Positions 39,001 to 51,500 of a stretch of 64,000 bases of DNA are shown here, piece after piece; position 1 is the stretch's first letter; the number at the start of each line of letters is the position of its first letter. This DNA is from Daphnia carinata (Eukaryota), in the NCBI RefSeq assembly GCF_022539665.2, contig NC_081333.1, forward strand, positions 7,192,001-7,256,000, given 5' to 3'. Both the position numbers and the translations under genes were made by a program. The notes under the pieces are model-generated. The model was not told the DNA's origin. It did not search any database and was given only the letters and a program-made list of their open reading frames with translations.

Positions 39001-39343
39001 CATGACCAACGTGGATTTTGATTCTTACCTGGCCGAAACGGAGCGCCTTTTAGCTCATCCGGAGGAAGTGATTGGCGATGGTGAAGATGTTGCAGCTACT
39101 GCCGCCTCTGTTGTTGGATATTCTGCTGCTCCGCCCTCTACTTCCTCGCCTGTACAGCGTACCGCTTTCATCCAGCGCGATTCGGGCGGATGGGAAGAGG
39201 TGATTATTAATCAGTCGGATGCTTCACTTCCAGCCGCGTCAGCATCGAATCTGCAACAACACGATGACATGGTGGTTATAGACGATCGTGCTGATGTGTG
39301 GCAGACACAAATGAAATGGAATAACGATGAGAAGCAACAGTAA
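19408..39343 (+). CDS. FGF8: FGF8/17/18-subfamily fibroblast growth factor (pyramus/thisbe-related), spliced CDS join(19408-19421,34775-34820,35653-36007,37586-37692,38087-39343), ~592 aa
   Basis: FGF core motifs RVYRW..LLRLLPNGTVDA, VYIRSKTRNLYLCFTKKGKLV, LCQFYD and WQVGFGRSG resemble FGF8 (GLYICMNKKGKL, CVFTE, WYMAFTRKG). All introns are GT-AG with consistent phases 2,0,1,0. Signal peptide MFIQRILRNAVLAELLLFLMVANCA. The 107-nt core exon matches the FGF8-subfamily exon size as recalled. Confidence 0.88.
21653..21676. repeat. Poly-G run (24 nt) in FGF8-like intron 1
   Basis: Directly visible; the exact length may be affected by assembly error. Confidence 0.85.
33752..33786 (+). promoter_or_regulatory. 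FGF8-like proximal (intronic) core promoter P2: Inr TCAGTC (A+1 = 33754) plus DPE AGATCG at +28
   Basis: Inr and DPE consensus matches at exact +28 spacing (33781); weak TATA-like CATAAA at 33726-33731; followed by a GC-rich exon ending in the strong donor CAG|GTGAGA. Confidence 0.7.
34049..34092 (+). CDS. FGF8: FGF8-like alternative exon 1b coding part (MLRHLRLPFRLSLS-R)
   Basis: ATG at 34049 is in frame to a phase-2 donor AG|GTGAGA at 34092/34093 and joins in frame to exon 34775. Confidence 0.68.
34775..34820 (+). CDS. FGF8: FGF8-like exon 2 (46-nt signal-peptide micro-exon, ILRNAVLAELLLFLM)
   Basis: Poly-T...TTTAG acceptor and ATG|GTGAGT donor; hydrophobic h-region; phase 2 to phase 0, as in vertebrate FGF8 exon 1B. 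Confidence 0.82.
35653..36007 (+). CDS. FGF8: FGF8-like exon 3 (end of signal peptide, Ser-rich N-terminus, beta1-beta3)
   Basis: CTTCAG acceptor, A|GTGAGT phase-1 donor; encodes QRVYRWSTACS...LLRLLPNGTVDARG. Confidence 0.88.
37586..37692 (+). CDS. FGF8: FGF8-like exon 4 (107 nt, FGF core)
   Basis: TTGCAG acceptor, AGG|GTAAGA donor; encodes DIELSSVGPDGKVYIRSKTRNLYLCFTKKGKLVTR. Confidence 0.93.
38087..39343 (+). CDS. FGF8: FGF8-like terminal exon (C-terminal half of FGF core with insertion, plus ~300-aa tail)
   Basis: ACGCAG phase-0 acceptor within the 448-aa ORF; LCQFYD...FVSVY...WQVGFGRSGESLKG...CFDL; stop TAA at 39341-39343. Confidence 0.9.
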   Translation, partial: EKPGEDKTLCQFYDMLWQGNRRFVSVYRRNQQQKKARKISHHQVPWSVPLPGSQDRSWKDGNAALPPANGQGVGLPDGQLHTDDWQVGFGRSGESLKGSAWRNSKHRNCFDLVEHVDHVRSSDTEQVSPVGSNQMSLIFQRENSVPERSATAVGVDKPKKISISSPARKSKASHQEKSPAKDRDAGSSASVSGVSKNSLGRTAVNHKNVGASSNSWKSGLKEGGTGRRNKIHHHSSGRGGSPIKGAAAVSEEHGRAPRPRVDKTNAKEVSAKTQVGGKSHPAETELFAPVEFWKNKLVLDDAPAAMTNVDFDSYLAETERLLAHPEEVIGDGEDVAATAASVVGYSAAPPSTSSPVQRTAFIQRDSGGWEEVIINQSDASLPAASASNLQQHDDMVVIDDRADVWQTQMKWNNDEKQQ

Positions 39344-39745
39344 GACAAACATTACGCCCGTGACAAGAACTGGAAAACAAAGATTCACCATCTGGATTCT
39401 ACTGAATTTTCACATTCTACTCGTTCCCGCGCGATTTCGTATATAAATAAATTAATGTTTGTACGTGTTTTTTTGTTTTTTTTGTTTTGTACCCATCTAT
39501 TACAACCCTCGGAATTTTACATATAATAATCCGCCGCCAAAGTCCCTTCTCCTTTTCCAATTTTTGTAACTTTTTGTTTGTATCCCTCATTCCCGATTTT
39601 TTGCTATTATTATTATGACACTCTGAACGCTCCCAACACACGTATTTTTGTACATTGCCCTATAGTTCGAAATCGTCTTGACCTTTCAACTACATCCTCA
39701 CAGCTCCGCCGCTCAACTTCATTTTTTTTTTTACGCTGAGATTAG

Positions 39746-39764
39746 CTCTCTCTCTCTCTCTCTC

Positions 39765-39840
<76 letters not shown>
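39746..39840. repeat. (CT)n microsatellite, ~95 bp, in the probable FGF8-like 3' UTR
   Basis: Directly visible, with a short GT-containing interruption. Confidence 0.95.
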
Positions 39841-39843
<3 letters not shown>

Positions 39844-42821
39844 TCCCTCCCGTTCATACACTAACCCTCCTGTCCATTTTAAATGCTACAGTATATAATT
39901 GAATGTGAACGTCGTGCCAATATGTCCTTTTAAAATTCGTTTTTTATTATTGTACTCCTGTGCCCATGAATGTTTGTATTAATATTGCCATACTATATAC
40001 CGCCACCGGGTCGAGTCACGTGACAGTCTTTAAAGAAAAAAAAAGAAAAACAGAGAAAAACAAAACAAAAAAAACAAACAAAACAAAACAAAAACAACAA
40101 CCAACAGTTTTGCTCTCTCTCTCTATCTCTCTCCCGATCATCGGTGCCAGATCTGCTTTCTCTTTCATTTTTTTTTTTTTTTAAACAAATTCTTATTTAC
40201 ATTTGTACATTATTTCATGATTGTGTTTCTCTCCATCTCTCCGTTTGCCTCCTAACTTTCATCTCTGCAAATGCGCAATGTTCGCCCGTGTAATGTCTGT
40301 ACAGCCCCTATCACAGTGTGCTACTACTACTTTTACCTATATGGCCCTTTCCATCATTTCAACACGAATAAAAAAAAAACAAATCAATTTTCCGTGCGCG
40401 TTATTTTTTTTTTTTTTTTTTTTTTTTTTTGGTTGAAACCTTTAAATTTTTTTTTGTGGCCACAATCACAGTATTTTTACGAGTGCTCGTCGCCGTTAAA
40501 GGCTTTTCATTTCTTTTGAACGCGTACACCACCACCTAAAAAGATATAAACACGCGATATACCTTTCATAATTAATCATTTTTAATCTCTTATCCTGACT
40601 TGCTTAGTTTCAAATTATTTTTTAAACAAATTTGACGACAGAAAAACGTTTTAAAGAAACTATTAACCTTTTTTTAATAACTCACAGGAAAATAAAAAAA
40701 ATTCTTTTGGATCCAATAAAAAAAAAGAGAAGAATGAATAACAATCACTATGGTTTTTAACGGGTTAATGGTTCTATTTCAATTTCCACGATGTTTCCCT
40801 AATTCCTGCCCAAAAAAAGCGTCACCACAAAATATCACGTGTTTTTTTTTGTTTTTTTCGTTTTTTTTTTTTTCCTCTTTTGTTTTTTTTCCGCGTTCGA
40901 AAGTTATTGTAATTCCCTACTTGTTGTTTCCCTGAGATTGTATGATTGCTGTATCGTGTCACACAACAATATACGTTAGGACATGTTCTGAAAGAGAGAA
41001 ACGCTAATTGCTATGGCCCCTTTCATTTGCATATGCGAATTCGTAGTCGATGGATGTAGACAGGTGAACACTTTGCATGCGCAAACAAAACAACAACAGG
41101 ATGGAATACCGGGGAAAAACGTTGCAGCTGCATTGTGCGTTTGTCGTTCAATGTTTGAATGATCGCAACTGACCGATGATGATTGATTGTTTCCTTTACC
41201 GATCCGTTAAAAAAAAAAAAACACACACACAAACAGACAGACAGTACGCCGGAGGTGTTTGTGCGGCTTCTCTTTATTGTTGAATAAGTTTTCATTTGTC
41301 TATTTGTAGATTGGGAAGAACGAAGAGGCGATCATCTGCCGTCGTGTTGCAGATGTTACTTTTGTGAACCATTTTCCATTTGTCAGAGAGCTGGGTGAAA
41401 CTCTAATGCATTCCCTGTTCTTTGTGTGTGTGAAAGCGATTTGTATTTTGAAAAATAGGAAACGTTTATTCCAGACTATCTGTGGGGCCCCTTTTGTTTT
41501 TGGAACGTAAAAAATGTTTTGATTGAAAAGGTCACTTTTAAAAGTTCGGTGAGGTTGAATAACTCGTCGTTTGTTGTGATTACGTTTCAAAAAATTTGAT
41601 TTTTTTTTTAGGAACATGAAACACCTAGTGAAACCCATCGATCGTGATCGAACCCGGAAATACTTTAAAAATGCGTAACGACCTTCTAATTATTATCTCA
41701 ATCGTTTCTCTTTTTCTCTAATGTTTTACTTTTTTTTATTTGATCATATTTTCACTCTTTCATGTCTTTTCACTGACAGTTGAAGTTGCACATGGTGGGC
41801 ATTTATCGAGGAGATAATATATAGGCTACTAATACGGCCGAGACTAACGGCGGATGAGAATGGCGTGCGCAACACTTGGGACTGTTACCCCGCCAGCAAC
41901 TGGCTCATGATGCTGACGGCCCCTGTACCGAACCGCAATTTCCTGTCCATTCAAACTCAATAAAAAAATACTATAGGACTATATAACCTTCTTCGTCCAT
42001 AAAAATAGATAAAGAGCCAAAGGTTTTTGGGTCTAAGAAAAAAAAAAAGGGAAGAAACTCGACTGGTTTCTTGTTTTTTTTCCCTTTTCATTGTCCACTC
42101 GTCTTAAGTCTCCAGAATTATATATAGCTTCACCTTTATGTGTACTACTCTCTCTCTCTCTCTCTCACACTCTTTTTTATTTTTTTTTTGTGTGTGTGTG
42201 TGTGTGTGTGTGAAGAAATAGACAATAAAAACGCACGCAAAGTTGACTTGAAGAAACATAGAAACTGATTGGCTTTTTCTACAGACTCGTTGAATAGCGG
42301 GTATAGTCGGCTAGGGAAACGTTCGTCCGGCTGCACAGCCGGAATCCGATCTTTAAAAAAGTAGAAGGGGGAAAACAAATGAAATTCTCAAAATAATGCT
42401 GACACAGAAAGGCCTCCTTTTTTGCAGCGGCGGAAGTGTTAACTCACTTTGGAAAAAGAAAAAAAAAATCGATCAAGTTGTTGTGTGCCATGTATCTCTC
42501 GTTCACCGCCAAAGAAATACGGGCAGTCGGTAAAGGCTGATGTTTCTGAAATATTTCTCAAAATAAGGGGAGGGGGGAGAAAAGGGCAACCGCAGAGCCA
42601 AATTACTTCATTTATCTAAAACACACACCTGGAAAATGAAGAGAGGAAAAACAGCAAGGAGATCCCCTTGTGTATTTTTCTTCGAGGAAAATCACTCGGG
42701 TTTCTATGAAAATTCGAGTTTCCCCGTCAAACCATCAGTTTTCAAACGATAAAGAAATAAGGTACTGTTAACGCACCAACTTTGCTCATTTGGGCAAGGA
42801 CGATTTGAATTTTCGCGACGT

Positions 42822-45500
42822 AAGACGTTTTTATGAAAAAGTCGGGCTTATATTTTTTGTCGGGCTTATTTTCAATACCCACATTTTTTAAAAATCGGTT
42901 TTAAAATTTTGACATGTTGTACACATAAACCGAATTTAACGAAGGTTTCAAATAAACTATTAGTTTTCTCGTTATATGTAGTTTTGAATGGACCGATTTT
43001 GAAATGGACGGCTGTTGAAGCGCCATTGTCATCGGTTTTCTGCGTTTATTCCAAGAACTATAAATCCAAGCCAAAAATAAATCTATTTTTCGTGACTTTC
43101 GCTTCATTTTGAATCGAAATCATATATATTAAGCAATATTTAAAATTTAGCCGAAATTGAAAAAGTGGGAAGGCTATACCCTTCCCACTTTCGTCAAAAT
43201 CCGCAAAATAACAAATCTCTTAGATTTCGATAAAAAACGCACAATATATTCAGAATTAAACACTGATTTCAAAGCAAACACTAGTTTTTTCATTAGTAGT
43301 TTGGAAAGACGGTTTTATGAAAAAGTCGGGCTTATTTTGTCGGGCTTATTTTCAAAACCCAAATTTCTGAGAAAAAGTCGGTGTTAATATTTTGACTTCG
43401 AATTTCATTATACATAACCCGCATTTAACGAAAATTCCAAATAAAATATTAGTTTCTTTGTTAGTTATGTAGTTTTTGAATAAATAGATTGGTTTTGAAA
43501 CGGATTAAACTAAAGGACTGCTAGCGCGTAATCGTCATTATTCATCAGTTTTCTGCGTTTATTTCAAGAACTATAAGCCCAAGGGAAAAATTAATCTGTT
43601 TTTCATGAATTTCGCTTAATTTTGAATCGAAATCATATATATTAAGCAATATTTAAAATTTGGTCAAAATTGAAAAAGTGGGAAGGCTATACCCTTCTCA
43701 CTTTCGTCAAAATCTGCAAAAAATGATATCTCTTAGATTTCGACAAAAATTACACTTTATACTCAAAATTGTGCCCTGATTTCAAAGCTACCATTATTTT
43801 TTTCATTACTAGTTTGGCAAGACGTTTTTATGAAAAAGTCTGGCTTATTTCGTTGGGCTTATTTTGTCGGGCTTATTTTCAAAACCTAGATTTTTGAGAA
43901 AAATCGGTGTTAATATTTTGACTTGGAATTCTGCTATACATAACCCGAAATTAACGTAGGGTTAAAATAAAAATATTAGTTTCCTGGTTAGTTATATAGT
44001 TTTTGACAAAATAGATCGATTCTGAAATGGACGGAACTAAAGTGCTGCTGGCTCACCATCATTATTGTTCATCAGTTTCCTGCGTTTATTTCAGGAATTG
44101 TAGCCCCAAACCCAAAATAAATCTATTTCTTCGTGAATTTCGCCTAATTTTGAATCGAAAACGTGTATATTAAACAATATCTAAAATTTGGCCAAAAATT
44201 GAAAAGTGGGAAGGCTATACCCTTCCCACTTTCGTCAAAACCTGCAAAAAAGCAAACCTCTCAGAATTCAATCAAAATCACACATTATACTCAAAATTGA
44301 ACGCTGATTTCAACTTAATCATTAGTTTTTCGAAAGACATGATAATTTCGAGTTAAGTGGTCGACAAACGATGATGACGTGATATCATTATCATCAGTTT
44401 TCTGTATTTATTTCAAAACTATAATCCCAAGCTGAAATTGAATCTATTTTTCGTGAATTTCTCTTAAATTTGAATCGAAACCATGTATATTAAGCAATAT
44501 TTAAAATTTGGTCAAAATTGAAAAAGTGGGAAGGCTATACCCTTCTCACTTTCGTCAAAATCTGCAAAAAATGATATCTCTTAGATTTCGACAAAAATTA
44601 CACTTTATACTCAAAATTGTGCCCTGATTTCAAAGCTACCATTATTTTTTTCATTACTAGTTTGGCAAGACGTTTTTATGAAAAAGTCTGGCTTATTTCG
44701 TTGGGCTTATTTTGTCGGGCTTATTTTCAAAACCTAGATTTTTGAGAAAAATCGGTGTTAATATTTTGACTTGGAATTCTGCTATACATAACCCGAAATT
44801 AACGTAGGGTTAAAATAAAAATATTAGTTTCCTGGTTAGTTATATAGTTTTTGACAAAATAGATCGATTCTGAAATGGACGGAACTAAAGTGCTGCTGGC
44901 TCACCATCATTATTGTTCATCAGTTTCCTGCGTTTATTTCAGGAATTGTAGCCCCAAACCCAAAATAAATCTATTTCTTCGTGAATTTCGCCTAATTTTG
45001 AATCGAAAACGTGTATATTAAACAATATCTAAAATTTGGCCAAAAATTGAGTGGGAAGGCTATACCCTTCCCACTTTCGTCAAAACCTGCAAAAAAGCAA
45101 ACCTCTCAGAATTCAATCAAAATCACACATTATACTCAAAATTGAACGCTGATTTCAACTTAATCATTAGTTTTTCGAAAGACATGATAATTTCGAGTTA
45201 AGTGGTCGACAAACGATGATGACGTGATATCATTATCATCAGTTTTCTGTATTTATTTCAAAACTATAATCCCAAGCTGAAATTGAATCTATTTTTCGTG
45301 AATTTCTCTTAAATTTGAATCGAAACCATGTATATTAAGCAATATTTAAAATTTGGCCAAAATTGAAAAAGTGGGAAGGCTATACCCTTACCACTTTTGT
45401 CAAAATCCGCAAAAAAAAAACAAATCTCTTAGAATTCGATAAAAAGCCCAGATTATACTCAAAATTAAACGCTGATTTCAAATCAGTCATTAGTTTTTTT
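42822..45500. repeat. Complex tandem array, probably TE-derived: six AT-rich related units, each containing the palindrome AAAGTGGGAAGG-CTATAC-CCTTCCCACTTT; includes a near-exact ~848-bp higher-order duplication
   Basis: Palindrome copies at about 43162, 43675, 44203, 44523, 45050 and 45368 (spacings 513, 528, 320, 525, 320). The block at about 43640-44490 repeats almost identically at about 44490-45335. Confidence 0.92.
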
Positions 45501-48500
45501 TGTTAGGCAAGCTGATTTTGAAATCAACATAACAAAGGCGCTACTAGCTGGAGGGCTGCAGAGCCCATCGCAAAAATAACTTACGTCAAACAACCAAAAC
45601 TGCTTCCGTATTTATCTAATATTTTCTGCAATCAGCAACGTGACAACGACAAGTGAATTAAAGCTTCTTGTAAACACAAGTTTCTTCAGCATTTTCATGC
45701 TGTTCCCATAGTAAAAATACCGCATTTTTTTTACATCTTCATTACCGGCTCATTTGAGTATTCAGAGACGTCTACACGTGTTATATTGCCATTGAATAGT
45801 GAACAGGAATAGTTGCTCATGCCGGCGGAAGTCTGCAGAATGAGCGGACCTTCTATTTACAAGGGAAAAAAACCCGTCGCGGTAGGAGATGCGTTTGACA
45901 AATTGACACATACAGAACTCACAAAAAAATAATAAAAAATAACATCTATTGATGGTTCTCTGATTTAAAGACGCTGGTCACACCTGGTTGGACAAACAAA
46001 GAAATTTCTTCGACCTTTTTTTTTTGCTGGTCTTGAATTGTCAAGTTTTTTTTCTTCTACATCTTGAAGACGGATGATAAAAAAAAAGTCCAACTGGTTT
46101 TTGTAGATTTTGTAGCTACGCAGAAAACCTTTTTTTTGACATCTCAACACCTGACAAAAGAAAACGCTCGTAACACAAAGAGTGAAGACGGTAGTAACTG
46201 ACAGGGGTTTGTGTGTGGGCGGCGACCTGCCAAGGCGGAAGAAACATCCCTCTTTTCCATTTAGTCAAACGAGTAGGAAATAATAAATAGATTGCAATGA
46301 TGAAAAAAAAGGCGGAGAAAACCAAAAGGAGGGAAGAAGGGCCATCTTACACGGATGGACAAAACTATACAAATCTAACATAGAAAAAGGATCTGATATT
46401 CAGGATTCCCGTGCGATTTCGAATGTTTAGCTCAAGTCCTGATTTAACCTAAACCATAAAAAACGAAAGACAATTGAATTGAACACGCCACGGCATCAAT
46501 AAGGCAGGGGGTGGTACTGGCGATCCATCGATTTCCAGCAAAGAATTTGTAAATGTAATGAAATCATCGCGTGCGAGGGAGGGTCAGACGTGGTCGATCA
46601 ATTCCGGCGTTCCGCTTTTTCTTTCTTTCCGCTTTTTATATGCCCGTTAAAAACATGAAAGCGGAGAAAACCTAATTGAGTTTTACGGATATCGCATACC
46701 ACACACACACGGTACATTTACAGACAACATGAGCAAACTACAGCAGCCGTGGGGAAATTTAAACGAGGCGAAGGCGGGTGAGGGCGGAGAAAAAGGGACG
46801 TACGCCAAAGGTCTGCTGTCTACTTTTTTCCTTCTTCTTCTTCCTTTTTTTAAATGGATTTGACCACTAATTGGTCTTTGGCTTAGAGAGAAAGGACTGC
46901 TGCGCTGATGCTATTGCGGGCCGTAAAAAAAAAGGAACTTAGCCCACAGTTCCTATACAACTACAGAGTTAGTACAGGGAAAGAGGATTTATGCTTGCGA
47001 TGGCATGCTCTGCAACACATTAGAAGAGGGGGGAAAGAACTCTTCTCGCTCGCTGTGCAGTATATATTTTAAACATGATGAACTCACCGAAGAAGGCAAC
47101 TTCTTTTCTATGGTCGTTTTATTTAAACGCTGGCAAAAACGAGCCCTGGATGCTGAGATGTCTATCGGTAAAAGAAACAGGCACCAGTACAAGAAGAGAC
47201 GAAGCAAAAAAAAAAAGTCTGGTGTGTGTGGGCCTATCTCTATGCTGACATCTTCTCCCCTCTTTTTCCAACTTCATTATCTTTCTATTGAAGTTCATTT
47301 TAAGAAAGCTAGAAGAAAAAAAAAACTTCCGAAACGGTTTCTCGACGACAATAAGACACACAAACAGCCTTAACAACGGTAGTGTATATCTTCGTGTGTG
47401 TGTATCCGGTAGACCGTAAAGGGACCATTTTTTTGTTAGGTATACAGTCGATGTAAAGGAGAAAAAGACGTTACACGACATTCTTTCTATCGCTTTCTGT
47501 TTAGAAAATAAAAAGGGGGTGCGCGTTTTGTCTCGTTATTTTAGGAAGAATTGAACAATGTACAACAAGTTTGCATAGGTAAATCGTGTTGCATTAGACT
47601 GGACATTGTGGGACCGTGTCCATCAGATTCCATTGTCGTCGAAGATGTAGCGGACATAGGGTAATGTGACATAATGATGTCACATGGTCAATTTTAAAGG
47701 AAATATTTTTTTCTATTTATATCCAAATTGTCTAATTTTAGATCTGAATCAATTTCCCCAGAAATAGCTCTTATAATCTTCAATAAATCTAGATTGATTA
47801 AAAATAAACATCAACGAAAATTCACTCAGAAAAACGAATTGTTTGACGAAAAACGTCTTACGGTTTCTCCACATCAATCCTTTAAAGACCTTGAGCCTCT
47901 TTTGTTGTCAGCATAACAAAAAAAAAATGTCAATTTAATCAGTAGCAACAGGACAGAGCTCAGTTGTCCAGTCCGGATCTATAGAGGAGGCTGTTTTTTT
48001 TTTGTACCCCCCTTCGATGTTGACCCGTAACTTCCGGGAACACATTGTGCATTGGAGGTCGTCTTCCATCAACATGACGGATGGGGGAATGTGCCATCCC
48101 ATATCCAGCAATGTATCGCTATAGGAAAACAACTTCGTTTACGATAGCCACAATAGTACATGGAAGGCTAGCCGAATGGGTATGAACCCACGTTTGGTTT
48201 ATAAGTGAATACGTTACGAGATCATCTCACATTTCCCCACTTGTCTAGTATTTTTGGGCATCAAATGTATGTTTTTGAAGGGGAGGAAGAAAAAACCAAT
48301 CAATATTGTCTGTTTCTCCGTTTCGTTTTTCTTCGTTTGGTTGGCATTATCGAACGAGAGCCCTCCTGAAAAATAAGAGATATAAGCGGTCATTTGCATA
48401 CAACCGCGATTAGAGCTTCAATCGTGCATATAGCGAACGAACGGGATAAAAGAAATAGTGGAAGGGGAGAAATAAAAGCTGGATTTATCGTGGCGAACGT

Positions 48501-51500
48501 TTTACGACTGACGATGACACTCCTTCTCTTGATTGAGCGAGGAGGCCCTCACTCAATCACTCGCGCACCAACGACCATCAAAGTTTGTAAAACTGAAAGA
48601 AAACATTTTTTCTCTTCTAGTCTAATCATAATAATTTACGTCTTTGTCATATTTTTCTACGTGTGGGATAAAACTAACGTCCTATGATGTCCATTTTTAA
48701 AAAAGATTCTGTTTAGCTTGATAGCCGATTTGTTTTGCATTTATTATCGTGGCGATTTAGACTGTTACATTTTACATTAACTTCTTTATTTTTTGCTAAG
48801 GAACTTATTGGTTTACTAAGAATATTTCTGTTGATGCAGCCGATGATTTTTTTTTTTTTTTCTAAGAACCATAAAATAGCTTCCAACGCTCTGAAATCAC
48901 GTTGTTAACGTCCCCCGTCTTCAGTTACCTCGGTGCATTCCAACTTTTATATTCTTTTATTCTTCCTGCGAGAAAATAACAAGGACAGTTCCATAACGCA
49001 CACTATTGCCAACTGCTGCGGGCGTTGGCATAATGAAACCAAACTGTCCTTCCTTTTATCGACCCGTCCAATCTGTTTCCCAAATTGCATTTACCGGGAA
49101 TTTCCCCAAATCACATATTTTTTGGTGGCCAATCACCTATTAATAGTCGCCATTCTTAGACACGTAATAAAACAATCAAATGGTATCATAATCTTATCAG
49201 CTAGTAGAAATTTCCGAAAATCCCGCGACATCGATGCAACAAAAGAAAAACCCCAAAGATTTGAACTTTCCACTTTTAGGCTATCGCTTTCGGCCAGCAA
49301 CTCCTTCTTCAACAAAAGAGAAGTAGAAAAAGAAAAGGCCAAAATAAATAAATAAAAAGAAAATGAAACAAGCTATTCGAACCTTCAGGGAAAAGGAAGA
49401 ACAAAAATCCCACAATATTTGAAACGGCAGAATGTTGTGCCATTTGCAGCAGCGACGACACACGACAGCAAGACAGAGAGCTATAATATAGTATATAGTA
49501 TATACATATATATAAACATCTGCTAATGGAGTGGTCGTGTTGTCCGACTCCATCCCTCAACTGGTTTTTATGGCACTAGCAGATGAGGGGGGGTTCGTAG
49601 TTGGGCTAGGAGGACGAAGGTATAATAACCGTTTATCTCTTGGCTCTCTCTCTACGTCTTTCGTTTGACTGTTACGCTCTTTCCTATACATACACCGAAA
49701 GCCACGTTTTGAAATATTCGAAATTGTATTCGATCCGTTTTGTTTTGTTTTTTTTCAGGCAGAAATTGAGAGAGAGAGAGAGAGAGAGAGATATCTTTCT
49801 TTCTTTAAAGATCTTGGACACATTCTTGAGTATGAACTCGACAGGTGAGATAATAGACTCCACGGGCGGTTTATCGGACAGATTGATTGGGATACGATCG
49901 CATGATGGAAAACAGTTTTGAATGCATTCTTTCTCCACTCTGTCTGCCTGGCCTTTTAAACAAAAAAAAAATTATATTTTATTTATTCAGCTTCGTTGGC
50001 TTTCGTGAGCCTTGTCGGGACAAATACGTCGGCCAGGGAAGAAAAAAAATTGCGGCCGAAGGGCGGCGGCTGTTTTAAAGCCTACCTTCTTTTTCACGGC
50101 GCTGTTGACTTGTATATTCCTAAATCAAATATTAAATACTAAACGCTCTTCGTTCTAAGATGTCGGTCGCCATCAGGAGGGGCCGAGAACGAACGAACGT
50201 AAAGGAATGAGCTCGCCTTGTGTTTGAACAGCTGAAGTGAGAAATAGAAAGTGAGTTCCGTAAAAAAGGAAAAAAAAAAAACGTTTTACGATCTATTTTT
50301 TCTATTTCACGTTGGGGGAAAATTTTGAAAAAAGAAAGAAAGCGTGGACGGAGGAAACCAAGTCTGCGTTTGCTATGATAGTGCGTAATGTAAATTTCCT
50401 GGACGAAAATAACGCGGGCAAAAAAATAAAAAAATACGTTCACGGTTTTCATAGACTTTGGGATATCAAATCGAAAAACGAGGTAGTCAAATTGGCGCCG
50501 ACCACGTGTTGAGTTGAAAAAGAATTGAAAAAAGAACTGGGCTGCAACGCCCTCCAGTAGACGACAACTGACTAGCCAGAAAAACTCAAATAAAATTTTT
50601 GAAACAAAACACGAAATTTATTTATTCTCGAAATCTGACGGGTCAGAAGGAGCGGAAAACGTCCCCGACCTAATTGACTTTGGCTTTAAATGCACTCAAA
50701 ATCTATTCTGTGTTTCGTTTGGTGTGTCCATTTGAGTTGTAGCTAACAATTTGGCATTGCCCTATTTGGTCGTGAATTTTTTTTTGCCGACAAGAGTTAT
50801 GCATTTCCTATTCATTAAACAGAGTGCCTTGATGGCAGTCATCTTGGGCTCGCACAAATGGCGGGCCGCTATTCCAATTCAAATGAAAGAGAAGAAAAAA
50901 CAGAAAATTAAGCGAAAAACTAATAAATAAATTGCTCAAATGTGAGACTATAGGAAAGAAGTGCTTAGTAACAAAGGTACAGGAAAGCTGACAAGTCCAC
51001 AATGTCATGTCCTTTTCGATCGTTGGTCAGCGCAAAAAGGGTCCACATATTTTACCTGACACACTAAATAGGATTTGCCTAATCACATAGCCAAAGGTAT
51101 TAGACATATTTCCTTATCAATCAATACACGCGGACCGGACGAGAGAAAAAGGTCGTCCAGTTCCGTGTAATTTCGTCCCTTCTAGCGACGAACTTATGTA
51201 AAAAAAAAATCGCCCGTCGTGATAAACGACTAAACAAATTCTCTTGAAAGTAATAGTGTAGTTATAAACTTGTTCCAACGCAACAGCTGGACTAAAAGAA
51301 AAAAACAGTTCGAGGAAAAGGTGAGACAAAAAACAAAAATGGAGGGTCGGCAAACGATTTCGGTGACAAGTCAATAATTGTGTGTGGAGCTGAGCTGCCG
51401 CATTTCAAACCTATCTTAGCCGCTGTGTTGCTTGTTTGAACGTTTGAGGAGGGGGGGGGGGTGTTTTTATGATTATTTTTTTACTAGGCCGACTTATCTT

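Noticed and set aside
38450..39009. Antisense ORFs overlapping the FGF terminal exon
   Set aside because: Shadow ORFs of a GC-rich coding exon, with no independent evidence.
42822..45500. CRISPR-like array (a recurring 30-bp palindromic repeat)
   Set aside because: The intervening segments are 290-500 bp, homologous to each other rather than unique spacers; no cas genes; eukaryotic context.
47935..48132. 65-aa minus-strand ORF with an acceptor-like TTTTCCTATAG, considered as a distal collier exon or separate gene
   Set aside because: No recognisable homology, no COE-like S/T/P composition and no supporting neighbouring exons.
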